Assembly (NCBI GenBank): GCA_964016885.1 | Contig: OZ024757.1 | Span: forward strand, 41,416,001 to 41,480,000 | Direction of reading: 5' to 3' | Length of the DNA: 64,000 bases | Source: Eledone cirrhosa | Lineage: Eukaryota | Shown here: one piece after another, positions 13,684-26,933 of the stretch | Layout: the number at the start of each line of letters is the position of its first letter | How positions within the stretch are numbered: the first letter of the stretch is position 1 | Notes under the pieces: model-generated | Seen by the model: the letters and a program-made list of their open reading frames with translations, nothing else | The model's database searches: none | What the model was told of the DNA's origin: nothing | Made by a program: the position numbers and the translations under genes

Positions 13684-16244
13684 CAAAGTTTGTTTTATAA
13701 ATAGAGACATACCCAGGAAAATCATACCTTATCAGTTGGATATTCTCTAGATAGTGGAAATATTAGGGATATTTCGAAACTTGTGGCTGAATATGCAAAT
13801 GAATATGTAAATTATTGAAAAACAACCGTTTATTTATACGACTATGGAGAGAAAGAAGAGAAAAGAGAAGGATAAAATAGAGAGAAAGAAGGGAAAAAAA
13901 GGGAAGATGAATAAAAAAAACTCATATAACGTTAATTTGAGGGAAATATATTCAAACATCTGACTATGTATATATGTAAGTATATATCTTAATATGTATG
14001 TGTATTTATATTCAAGGGATATTTTACGATTATTAGTTGTTTAAAATTTGTTTACAATATAATATTTTTCTTTTGTTATAAGTAGATAAATAAATAAATA
14101 GATGGGTATATCATGTTATAGATAGTTGTTCTAATGAGTTATGAGGGATATTGGTTTTGTATTTTATATAAATAAATATGTATTTAAAATTGAGAATTAA
14201 ATAAATATGTATTTAAAATTGAGAATGATTTAAAATTAAGTTAAATTAAATTAAATTAACTGATTTAAGTAAGAATATTTATATTTATATGATTGAAAAG
14301 GGAAGATAAGGAAAAAACTCCGGTTTTATTTATTTATTCGTTAGTGTGAGACTATTTAGTCAAAATAAGTATGGATGTTTAATATACATTTAGCCATAAT
14401 CAGTTAGTGGTTATTAATCTATTGAAAAAATATTGAAACATTTTTTTTTTATTTTAATTGAAAAAAAAAAAAAAAATAGTAAATAATTTTTTTTTTATTA
14501 AAAATGAAATAAAAAAAAATAAATAAATAAATTTAAAAAATTTTTTTTTAATTAAAAGAATTTTTTTTATTTATTTTTATTTTTTCAATATTTCTTCAAT
14601 ATTTTTTCAATATTTTTTTTCAAAACTTGTAAGATATCTTCTAAACGCCAATTCTATGAGAGGTTTCCCTTATGTTATGTTACTAAATGCTTCCAAATTC
14701 TTCATTAGTTCCAAAATTATTTTTTTTAAATCTCAAGAAGCATCTTTTTATTATAAAAATATGGGAATTAAAGGGTTAATAAATATATTTTAAAGTTTTA
14801 TTATATATATTTTATATTTTTAAATACATATGGAACGATGGTAATAGTCAAATGGTGTCGACACTTGAGATAAAATAATTGAAACTTGTTCTAAAACTAT
14901 TTTAAGTTTTAGTCATAAGAGGGAACGACCATTTTATCAATTTATATATTTTTACCTTTATATTTATTTCATATTTTATTTTTATATTCTATTTTTATAT
15001 TTTATTTATATATTTTATTTATATATTTTATTTATATATTTTATTTATATATTTTATTTATATATTTTATTTTTATATTTTATTTTTATATTTTATTATA
15101 TTTGTTGCTATTTTACTTTCTGTTTCTCTCTCTCGTCGTCATTTCAAACGTCCATTAAGAAATTAAAAGATATCAATATTTCTCCAACGTATCAAATATG
15201 GAAATATTTAGGAAGAAAGTTGGCTGTAAGTGGTGATATGTGTGTCGAAGGATTGAAGAAGATTTGATGTCAGAAATTAAACACGGTCATCAATTGATTG
15301 AAGATGCTTGACACCTATCAATCACTTGAGATATTTTTATTTTTCTCTTCTGGCTAAACAAAATCTATAACTTTCACTCATCACTTTATATACGAGACAT
15401 ATGATGGAGTCACTATATACAATCATTTAACCCTTTTGTTAACCAATTCCTAATGAAAGACACTGCCTATGATGATTTTCAATTAATTTTGAAAAGAAAT
15501 ATCAAGAATTTTGGCACTTTGGTATTGAGCACTCTTTCTTAGTGTTTATATATATATCATGACCTGAGCATAAAATTTAATGCGCAAATTTGTATTACAC
15601 AAGTACTGTATACCCCCCCCCCCTCTCCACACAGACACACATAGAAACACACACACACACCATTGCTAAAATACAATTTGTTTTATGCAATTTAATTTAT
15701 AACAATTCTTCTTTCCATTGAAAAATATTCCTCAATAAATCAGATCTAACCCACAAAGCTTGTCGTAATATTTCCAATGAAATGTTTCACAGATATTGAA
15801 AGATTTTCAGATGTTATATATTAGTAAGAATATATCATTATGATTTCTTATATTTTTAACCTATTTCTGTTCTATCTTCCTCTCTTTCTTTTTCTTTTCC
15901 TTTTATATGATCTTTGAGATGAATGAAAGTATACCAAAATAAAATTTTATAAAAATGTTGATAAGAAAGGAGGTAGTAGTAGTAGAAGAAGAAAACCTTT
16001 AGAAATATAATGAATGAAGAAAGCAATTTTTTTTGTTAAAACAGGAATTTTTCTCAGAACAACAACTTTACCATAAAAGAATTCATGCCAGAGAAATAAT
16101 TTTTAATCTTTACATATCTCCTTAAATCCAATTGGAACTGTTATATTGCCCAAAAGATGGGAAATATTGTTTTATGTGTGGATGGGAAGAAGAAATAGAG
16201 AATGGATTTTTCTTGCTTTATATACAAATCATGTCTTGAAAAAT

Positions 16245-17180
16245 ACACCACACCACACCACACCTCACTACACCTCACAACACTAGAGTATTACAGCTCA
16301 TCTCACCACACCTATCAATACTGCAACACAACAGAACACAATACATCTCACAACACACCACCTCACCTCACACCACACCACACAATACAGCAACACAACA
16401 GAACACAATACATCTCACAACACACCACCTCACACCACACCACACCTCACAACACACCACCTCACACCACACCACACCGCACAACACCACACCGCACAAC
16501 ACCACACCGCACAACACCACACCGCACAACACCACCTCACACCACACCTCACAACACCACCTCTCACAACACCACCTCACACCACACCACACCTCACAAC
16601 ACCACCTCACACCACACCACACCTCACAACACACCACCTCACACCACACCTCACAACACCACCTCACACCACACCACACCTCACAACACTACAGTATTAC
16701 AGCTCACCTCACCGCACCTCTTAATACATCAACACAATACACCTCACAACACCACCTCACACCACACCACCTCACACCACACCACTGCCACACTATGCCA
16801 CCAACACACCACCACCACACTGCCACACCACACCACCAACACACACACACCTCCACCAAACTGCCACACCACACCAACACACCACCACCACCACACATTG
16901 CCACACCAACATCACCAACACACCACCATCACCACACCACCATCACCACACCACCACCACCACCATCACCACACCACCACCACCACACACCAACACACCA
17001 CCACCAACACACCACCACCAACACACCACCAACACACCACCAACACACACTGCTACACCACCACCACCACCAACACACACTGCCACACCACCACCACACC
17101 ACCACCAACACACCACCACCAACACACTAACACACCAACACACTAACACACCAACACACTAACACACCAACACACCACAT
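16245..17180. repeat. CACCA/CAC-rich low-complexity tract
   Basis: Direct reading. Explains the 314-aa H/T/P ORF. Confidence 0.95.
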
Positions 17181-17234
17181 ATGACCTGGGTTTAATTCTA
17201 AATATTTAAAAATAAAAGAATTATAAAACCATAC

Positions 17235-17359
17235 CCCTTCTTGTGTATCCAATAATATTTGAATATTTGTCTTGTACGATTTAGGATATTTCTTGTGGCG
17301 CTCTTTCATAAGATTATGGATTCCAACAGCAGAACTAACGCCTTTGGCATTAAACATCT
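17235..17359 (-). CDS. Candidate internal coding exon, product unknown
   Basis: Pyrimidine tract TTTTTGTTTATTTGCCTTAAAG acceptor, open frame (E)MFNAKGVSSAVGIHNLMKERHKKYPKSYKTNIQILLDTQEG, donor GG|GTATGG. Unique, non-repetitive sequence. Confidence 0.35.
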
Positions 17360-17865
17360 CTTTAAGGCAAATAAACAAAAAACAATAACCACAGAAAATA
17401 TAAAAAACAAAATTTAATTTATAGTTTTGAAAATATATATGAATGAGTCAGAAGCCCGCTGGCTGAGCTCTTGCCCTTTCAACAGTTAGTTCATGTTTCG
17501 AACTAGCTGTTAAAACTGCAAGAGTTCAAACGTTGGGGGTCCCGATTCTTTATAATATAACCAAACTCTACTACCCCGAGTATTGAGTACTCTGGTGAGC
17601 AATGGTCTAGCATGGAAGATGGACATTAAACGAAGATGATATATATATATATATATATATAAGTTAAAACAATGAAATAAAAAATCAAGTCATTAGAAAT
17701 ATACTTCACTGCTTTATGATCGTTTCTAGGTGATGATAATACATCGTAACTATACTTCGTTATCGATCTATGTGTATATATATATATATATTTTCCGTTT
17801 GTTCATAGATTGCACCAAAGTGGTTTTTCAACCCATGTAATTTAAAACACACTTCTTTGTGTGTT

Positions 17866-18135
17866 TCATCATCATCACCGTTTTACGTCCGTTCTTCCAT
17901 GCTAGCATGGGTTAGACGGCTTGTCCTGTTGCGGGCAGTGTCTGGTCAGCTGACCATGCCTTGCTCATACAGGAACTGATTTTGGCTTGATTTCTACAGC
18001 TGGATGCCCTTCCTAACACCAACCTCATTTACAGTGAGTGCTGGGTGCTTTTTTTTCCGAGGCGCCTACACGTCCACTTTACAGTGTGGGCTGGGTGCTT
18101 TTTTGCCGTGGCACCTCCACGACCACCTTGCAGTG
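17866..18135 (-). mobile_element. SINE family ending AACCCATGCTAGCATGGAAG..GGACGTTAAACGATGATG
   Basis: Same tail at 12790-12840, 19640-19858, 24541-24590, 26625-26770, 28795-28960, 30742-30782, 34660-34700, 38385-38422 and 50330-50372. Contains a 48-bp internal repeat. Confidence 0.8.
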
Positions 18136-18257
18136 GGAGGGTGTGGTGGCATATTGTCTATATGCTTCAGCTTGTACCCATAGGAGGTCGGGTACTCTGT
18201 ATTACTGCGTGACGCCAGAGGTCACGGTCGTGTGTCATCGCCTTTGAGAGGTGCAAC

Positions 18258-18410
18258 TGGGTAAGGTCGGCCCCTATCACCTCAACCCAGGGCTTCTTGG
18301 GTCTCCCCACTCTGCGGCTTCCATTGACTTCTAGTGCTCTGCACCTTTTTATGCAGCTTCATCCTTCATACGCATTACATGTCCATACCAACGCACACAG
18401 CATTTGATTC
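18258..18410 (-). mobile_element. RTE LINE fragment
   Basis: Minus strand encodes RWYGHVMRM and, after a frameshift, EVNGSRRVGRPKKPWVEVI. Confidence 0.7.
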
Positions 18411-18488
18411 CTCTGATGCTCAGTCTCTCTCTCAATTCATTTATGCTTTGCCGTTCGCGTATATTACTATTATATATATATATATATA

Positions 18489-19366
18489 CAGGGTGCGGAC
18501 GATATTTGTTCGCAATTTTCAACTGCTAATTTTATGCAAATTTTTTTTACTTCCATTGTCACTCTTGTCTTCATAAAAACAGTGACTATATTTCCATCAT
18601 TTATTTTCAGAGTAATTGATTATGAATAATTTTGAACCTCCAAATTTGTGGAAGAGACACGGAGTTCTTCTCGGAATCCGCGCTGGGAGGACAAATAAGA
18701 CCAGAAGATCAACTCCCAGAACAACAGGTGGCTTGCTGTCTCATCCAAAGAAGTGCCCAGAGTCATGCAGACAAAGTTTCCAGCGACAACATTGGTCTTG
18801 GGTGTCGTCAGCAGTCAAGGTGACATCATGCCACCTCACTTCTTCCCTGAGGGCCTCAAGCTGAACACCGATGGCTACATCCGCGTTCTGAGCGAGGTAG
18901 TAAAGCCCTGGATCGACCAGGTAGCTGCAGGTAGGCCGTACGTGTGGCAGCATGACTCAGCGCCCTGCCATACCAGCCGAAAGACCCAAGCCTGGCTGTC
19001 AGAGAACTTTGTTGACTGCACTTCACCTGACATCTGGCCTCCCAGCTCGCCTGGCTGCAACCCCCTCGACTTCTTTGTGTGGGGCACAGTGGAACGAGAC
19101 ACCAACAGATCTAGCTGCAATACGAAAGACGATCACAAGTGCCTTTAGGGGCCTAAGTCGGGGGACAGTGACGAAGGCTTGTAGCCGGTTCCGAGGCCGC
19201 CTTGAGGTCGTCATCAAAGCCAATGGCGGGTTTATCAAGTGAGATCGAAAGAACAAGTCATGAAGACAAACTGACCCAAGTTTGATAAATAAATCTTAAA
19301 AAATAAAACTACTGTGTTATTTTTTCCTAGACAGTAATCTTGCGAACAAATATCGTCCGCACCCTG
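18489..19366 (+). mobile_element. Tc1/mariner DD37D (maT-type) transposon, internally deleted, 878 bp
   Basis: Perfect 27-bp TIRs CAGGGTGCGGACGATATTTGTTCGCAA (18489-18515 and 19340-19366) with TA flanks. ORF 18753-19148 has WQHDSAPCH and WPPSSPGCNPLDFFVWG, with 37 residues between the 2nd and 3rd Asp. Confidence 0.95.
18622..19242 (+). pseudogene. Disrupted DD37D transposase
   Basis: Short N-terminus (MNNFEPPNLWKRHG) joins the catalytic region near 18690, so the DNA-binding domain and first Asp are missing. A frameshift near 19130 separates the C-terminus (KACSRFRGRLEVVIKANGGFIK). Confidence 0.85.
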
Positions 19367-19369
19367 TAT

Positions 19370-19416
<47 letters not shown>

Positions 19417-20338
19417 AAAAGAGTCAGCACCCCGATGGCTGAGCTCTGGCTGTTTCGACTAGGTCTGAACTAATGCAGTAGCGTCAGGACTGTAGTAGTC
19501 TAGCTGAACTTATCAAGGGGTAATTCCATATATGGGCATGCAATGAGAGCGTAATAATATTCTCATATCAAACAATTCTAAAAGTTGTGGTTTTTCATTT
19601 CTGTCATGGGGAGTGGTTATATATAAATGTTTGTACCACAAAACATCCAGCCCACTCTGTAAAGTGGACGTGCAAAAGACACGGCAAAAAGCACCCAGCA
19701 CACACTGCATATGTGGTTGACGTTAGGAAGGGCATCCAGCCATAGAAAACCAGTCAAAAACAGACCAACCCAACCGAACTTGCCTCTAAATAGGACAAAC
19801 CCATCTAACCCATGCTAGCATGGAAGATAGACATTAAACAATGATGATGATGATGATGACATATATACGAGTATAGTGTTGCTGGTTTCAGCCATTAGGC
19901 AAGAGACATAGTACAGCCCTACATTGATTTCATTGATGGTTTAGCCCTGAGTAGTTAATGTTTCAAGTATGAGAATGATTTTGAAGACAGCTGAGACCGA
20001 AGAATACATGGTGGGAGAGGAGGGGGAGGAGGAAACAAAAGATGGAGTTGAAGGAATGGAAGAAGACGGACGAGGAAGAAAATGAAGGAGAAGCAGATGA
20101 AGTAGAAGGAATGAACGAAGAAGATAGATGAAGAAGCAGGAAATGAAGAAGGAATGAAAGGAGAAGGACAAAGAAGGCGGAGGGGAGCCCCCCCCCCCAT
20201 CCTCAGTGTTTGTAAAGTTGAAAAATATAAAATATAAAAATATAAAATATAAAAATATAAAATATAAAAAAGCTGAAAAATATAAAATATAAAATATTGA
20301 AAAAAGAGAAAAACAATACACAAAAACATAACGATAAT

Positions 20339-20725
20339 AATTGTTTCTACTTTAGGCACAAGGCCAGCAATTATCCCAGTGCATTACTGGTACTTTATTT
20401 TATCGACCCCGTAAGGATGAAAGACAAGGTTAACCTCGGCGGGATTTGAACTCAGACCATAAAGGGGCATAACTCTATGCTGCAAAGCATGGTGTCCAAC
20501 CCTATACCGATACTGCCAATCCACCGCCCTATTGTAATAATAATATGAATAATTGTTTCTACTTTAGGCAAAAGGCCAGCAATTTGGGGAGAAACGAAAG
20601 TCAATTAAATCGACTCCAGTGTATTACAGATACTTTATTTTATCGACCCAGTAAGGAGGAAAGGCAAAGCTAACTTCGACAGGATTTGAGCTCAAAATGT
20701 AAAGGGCCGTAACTCTATGCCACGA
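20339..20725 (-). mobile_element. Two tandem copies of the same SINE
   Basis: Reverse-complement matches to 7633-7820: full at 20339-20530, 5'-truncated at 20550-20725. Confidence 0.9.
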
Positions 20726-21166
20726 AGTATGTGTGTGTGTGTGCATACATGCGTGTATGGATGTATCTATGTTTATGTGCATACCTGTGTCTGCAATTAT
20801 GTCTCGTATCAATAAAATAAATAGGTACAAGACTTTTAAAAAAAAGTACTGGGTGTTTGATATGAAGGACTAAATCAAGGGAGTGCTCCAGGATGGAAAC
20901 AGTTTCAATAACTGAGAACCAATAAAAGAAAATTTTTTAAATGTTCATTCTCAAATAACAATACAAAATTTACATTCTTTTTCCCTGAACCATTCTTTCC
21001 TGACACCAAATAACAAGTCTTTTTGTGTGTTTATTTAACAACAAATTATTTCTCCTGTAATAAATTTTCATTAACAGAATGGGGAGGAACATTTTCTATT
21101 TATTTGTGGATTACAATTATTTAATTACAGGTTTTCTATACAGTTTGGTAACTGCCGATCATTCTA

Positions 21167-21214
<48 letters not shown>

Positions 21215-21335
21215 GGTCTGAGTTCCAATCCCACCGAGGTTAACTTTGCCTTTCATCCTTATGGGGTCGATAAAATAAAGTACCAGTAATACACTGAGAT
21301 AATTGCTGGCCTTGTGCCAAAAGTAGAAACAATTA
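21215..21335 (+). mobile_element. 5'-truncated SINE copy
   Basis: B box through tail matches 7704-7820. Confidence 0.85.
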
Positions 21336-22029
21336 TTATTATTACCATTTTGTTGCTAGAAAGTTACAATTCGCTCTTAATTATTTAAATATTACAGTAT
21401 TTAGAATGTTAAATTTAATTATAGTTTATTATGATTGATTAAAAATTCAAGTTTTATTAAGTTGGTGTTATAATATAGTATAATATATTAATGTATGATA
21501 CAATATAATATAATACAATACAATATAATTAAATATAATATAGTATAGTATAAGATAATTAAAATCTAAGCTTAAGATTTACTGGTAAAAGACTTTCGGA
21601 CCTCGTAAATATTATATAGAAATTTATACAACAGATATATATTATAGTATTGAGTAATAAAGGGTGGCAGTGGTGGTGGTGGTGGTGGTGTTGGTGGTAG
21701 TTGGTGCTGTTGTTGTTGATGGTGGTGATTGTGGAGGTAGTGGATGGTATGATTGTGGTGGTGGAGGGTATGATTGTGGTGGTGGTGGTAGTGATATTGG
21801 TGATGGTGGTGATAGTTGGTGCTGTTGTTGTCGGTGGTAGTGGAGATGGTGGTGATAGTTGGTGCTGTTGTTGTTGGTGGTAGTGGAGATGGTGGTGGTA
21901 GTTGGTGCTGTTGTTGTTAATGGAGGTGATTGTGGTGGTGGTGGTGGTAGAGACATTGGTGATGGTGGTGTTAAAATAGGCAGATACTGCTAAGACACCC
22001 AACTATCAGGTGTCAGTGTTGATCGTAAT

Positions 22030-22285
22030 AATTGTTTCTACTGGCACAAGGCCAGCAATTACCCAGTGCATTACTGGTACTTTATTTTATCGACCCTGTA
22101 AGGATGAAAGGCAAAGTAAACCTCAGCGGGATTTGAACTCAGAATGGCAAGGACCGTAACTCTATGTGTCAAAGCATGGCATCCGACCTTCTACCGATAC
22201 TGCCAATCCACCGATAGTAATAATAATAATTGTTTCTATTTTTGGCACAAGGCCAGCAATTACCTCAATGCATTACTGGTACTAT
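22030..22285 (-). mobile_element. SINE copy plus extra tail fragment
   Basis: Reverse-complement match to 7633-7820. Confidence 0.85.
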
Positions 22286-22866
22286 ATTTCACATAATTAT
22301 CTCAAACAATATCGAATCTATGAGATTTTGATATTATTTATTTTGAGAATAATACATTAACATAAGTATGAGCAGCTGGTTATGGCCGGTTTGAACAGAA
22401 AGAGGTGAGAGAATTCTGGCTGGATACGGCCAGTTTAAATAATAAATGACTAACCAATTTTCATTCTTTCCTTCAAATTGCTGGCCTTGTACCAAAACTA
22501 GAAACAATTATTATAATTATTATTTAAAATTAAAACCAAAATATTTTTTATTTGTTGTTCGCCATTCCAAACCACACAAAGGAAAAATAAACAAGAATAG
22601 TTTAGCCATAATTTCTTTGGTTTATTTTTTGTATTTTCAAGTGTTAAAGAGATGAACTTCCATCCCAAACCATTTCACATTCACGAGCTTTGTTTTCATT
22701 TTATTAATTTATCAAAGGTCACAAACAAAATATTAAATTAAAATATTTCAACCTTCATGATACTTTCAATAGAATGAAATAATTTGCTGAATGTGAAATA
22801 TGAAGTTTTTTTTTGGTTTTTTTTCAGTGTGTATGTGGAGATGGGTTGGGGGAAGGGTGTTCAATA

Positions 22867-22897
<31 letters not shown>

Positions 22898-24015
22898 AAG
22901 ATATATTTAAAAACTATCAAAAATAAAATAAAGAAATTTCTATAGAAATAAATGGTAAATTATCTATATAAACAATATATAGCAAATTATACATACATAT
23001 ATATTGTATATATATATATATATTGTATATAGAATACATATATATAAATTATATGTATAATATATATATATATATTGTATATATAATTTATATATATGTA
23101 TTCTATATACAATATATATGATGATATTGTATATAAAATACATATATATAAATTATTATATATATGTTATATATTAAACAAATATATGTAAAAAAATTAT
23201 CAATAAAAAAATATATACAAAATTATATATGTGTATGTATATGAATTATATATAAGATACATAAATATAAGATACATAAATATAAATAAAAATATATATG
23301 TATATATACATATACATATGTATTTATTTATAAAAAATATTTATAGAAATATATATAAAAAATATTATATATATATATATAAAAAATTATACAAAAAAAA
23401 AAATATATATATGTATATTTAGAGAGAGAAATATATTAAAAAAATTCATACTTATATAGAAAAACGCACATAAAATAAAATCATATATATAATTATGAAA
23501 AATTAAATGTAAAAATTTATATAGAAAAACAATAATAATATTTTGGCAAGTGAATCGTGTATTTTTGACTTCACACCATTTTGCCATAAATCCCAAATAT
23601 TGGTATAGTTAAATGCTGCACACCTTTTGTTATTTTCATGATAAATAAATTCGATACAAATGATTGGTTAAAGCTACACGCTTGAGTAAATTTCACCAGT
23701 GTAAATTTTACCTTTGGGAATTCAAAAGCCAGACAGGGGAGGTCATCCTTACTGTTTAACTATACTTAATGTTTTGTATTATGTTTGATTACATATTCAC
23801 CCATATGTAACATAAACGCATATACACACATATATATATACCTACCTACATACATACATACATACATACAATGTCCAAAGAATACTGTAAGGGAAAACAA
23901 ACTTTAAATAATGATATATATATATATATATCATCATTTAAAGTTTGTTTATTTATATATATATATATATATACACACACATATATGTCTGTCTATTGTC
24001 ATAAGATATACACTG

Positions 24016-24059
<44 letters not shown>

Positions 24060-24853
24060 TATATGTCTGTCCATTTTCAAAAGGGTAAACAGACTTTAAA
24101 TGATGATGATAGATATGTATATATACAAATAAAATTGAATATATATGTGTATATATATATACACACTGATGATATATATATATATATATATATCATCAGT
24201 GTATGTATATATATATATATCATCATCATCCTCATTATATATGTATGTATGTAAGTTATGTTTACATATATTCGCTGGTTATGTGTCAATACTTGTTGTA
24301 AATATGAAATGTTTGTTTATCAAGGAATATACTCACAGTCCCTCACACATACAAGTGTATCAGTGTGTATGTGTGTATATATGTGTGTGTGTTTCCTATC
24401 AAGAGAGAAATCAGAAAATATGAAGCTATATATGGGTATGTTTATGTGCATACCCATATATATATATATATGTGCGTGTGTTTATATATGGGTATGTGAG
24501 TGTATACATATTTATGTGTTTATATATATTATGTATATATAACCCATGCTAGCGTGGAAGATGTGCGTTAAACAAAGATGATGTTGATATGTATGTGTAT
24601 ATGTAAAAGAGTTGTAGCTATGTATGTATATATGTGAGTGTAAAAATGTAATATAATAATGTAGACTTCACAATTGAGTATAAAAAACATTAAAAACAAC
24701 TCGTCATTGTATTGGCTGTTATTGTGTTGCTTTATTTAAATAACAATACTTTAAAGACACTATAGCATATATATATGTGTGTATATATATATATATTATA
24801 CATATGCACACAAATATATATATATACATACATGTATAAATATATATATATAT

Positions 24854-24894
<41 letters not shown>

Positions 24895-24935
24895 CACATA
24901 TATATTTATATATATATATATATATATATACATAC

Positions 24936-24974
<39 letters not shown>

Positions 24975-25001
24975 CATACATATATATATATATATATACA
25001 T

Positions 25002-25154
<153 letters not shown>

Positions 25155-25155
25155 C

Positions 25156-25207
<52 letters not shown>

Positions 25208-25349
25208 GTGTGTTTGTGTTCTATAAATGACAATGTTTCGAGACTATGCATTTGAGTCTATCATCTGTGAAACATGTAATGTGTAATATTACATCTGCAA
25301 TAAAATCATTTTAAAGTGATATTTTGTTATCCCATCGAAAATACATATG

Positions 25350-25380
<31 letters not shown>

Positions 25381-25637
25381 ATATATAGAATACATGTATA
25401 TATATATACATATATAGATATTCATATGTATGTATATATATATATATTGTTATATTTGGGGATGGTCATGTTGCCAATAGAAAGAAACACACAGCATATA
25501 ATTTTTACTTTATCTTTATTATTCTTTATTGAATTTTTTGTCAAAATTCTATTGTCACACATTCTATAACCTCTTCCATGACTATCTGGATTGTGCCTGC
25601 ACTTTTTATATATACATTAGTATATATATATATATAC

Positions 25638-25709
<72 letters not shown>

Positions 25710-26097
25710 GAATATATATATATTAATGGTAACCATAATCTTATTCAAGACAATAATCAGTGATAAACCAATTCTAAGTGAGCTTTTAATTAAAGTGCCT
25801 AATTAATGTTGGTGGCTTTATATCTACTGAACTTCAGTAAATTAATCGGTAAATTTTACTGCAGCAAATTTTACAATGCCACTATATATCTCAACTTTTA
25901 GAGATTTACAAAAAAAAAAAGAAATTAAATAAAAAACAGGCTTTCTCTTCTTCATGTCTTTATTTTAATTAAGAGACATGTTTAGCTTCTTCATTATATC
26001 AGTGAAACATTTAATATTATTATTTCACTTGATAACATCCAGGATTTCACAAATTGCGATTAAAATCTTTTCCATTAATAGCTCTGTGTGTATATAT

Positions 26098-26312
26098 CAT
26101 CATCATTTTACGTCTGCTTTTCCCTGCTTGTAAGGGTAGGACGGGTCCTATTCAGTACAGCATCTCTCCACTTGTCACGGTCCTTCGTCATCTCCTCCGT
26201 GAGCTTCAGCGATCTGAGGTCTGCTTTCACCACCTTCGCCCATGTTTTTTTCGTGGTCTTCCTCTACTATGTCTTCCTTCTACTGACATTTCTTAGCACT
26301 TCTTCACCCATC
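26098..26312 (-). mobile_element. RTE LINE 3' fragment, same family as 37340-37690
   Basis: Shares CCCATGTTTTTCGTGGTCTTCCTCTACT with 37470-37497. Tail AAAAGCAGACGTAAAATGATGATG also occurs at 30860-30965 and 38310-38360. Confidence 0.85.
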
Positions 26313-26316
26313 GGTC

Positions 26317-26363
<47 letters not shown>

Positions 26364-26369
<6 letters not shown>

Positions 26370-26615
26370 GATTGAAAAGTAAATCTTTATTTTAAAATAT
26401 TCATTATTTATTTCTTAACTATAATTTTTACAAGAAAAGAATATGAGAAGAAAGTGTATAGCATGGAGTTTTATTTAATATTCGATATGGTTACCAGTAT
26501 TCCCCACCAGCTTCTCAAAACACCCAGGAACCGCATCAACTGATTTCACCAGGAACTCTTGTGGGGTGGAAGACATAACTTCTCATATTCCCCCTTTAAG
26601 TTCTTGGTTTGGTAA
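26364..26615 (-). mobile_element. 3' fragment of a second Tc1/mariner transposon
   Basis: Minus-strand translation ELKGGI*EVMSSTPQEFLVKSVDAVPGCFEKLVGNTGNHIEY* resembles a Tc1/mariner C-terminus. Ends in a TIR-like sequence abutting (TA)n. Confidence 0.6.
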
Positions 26616-26871
26616 TGTAGACATGCTCCAGGGAATCCAGCTGTAGAAACTAAGCCAAAAACAGTCCTGTTTGAGCAAGTCATAGTAACTGGATCTTGCT
26701 TGTCTCATAACTAGGCAGCTCGTCTAACCCCTGCTAGCGTGGAAAATGGACGTTAAATGGCGATGATGCTAAATATGAGTCCTGGGTTCAATCGGAGGTA
26801 GCCACAGTTAGTAAGGTACTCAACACATTAAAAGACATTTCTGTATTAAACTTTATATATACACACATACC

Positions 26872-26930
<59 letters not shown>

Positions 26931-26933
<3 letters not shown>

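Noticed and set aside
13697-13818. Open frame RHTQENHTLSVGYSLDSG... after an AG
   Set aside because: Largely overlaps the antisense of the family A repeat.
16202-17146. 314-aa mucin-like H/T/P ORF
   Set aside because: CAC/CACCA simple repeat, open in several frames.
23571-23759. 62-codon stop-free minus-strand frame (LNSKDDLPCLAFEFPK...)
   Set aside because: Poor acceptor context and no recognisable domain. Compatible with chance.
25222-25292. GAAACATGTA preceded by a hairpin, HHR-like (similar at 29480-29532)
   Set aside because: The CUGANGA box is not recognisable. At best decayed remnants.
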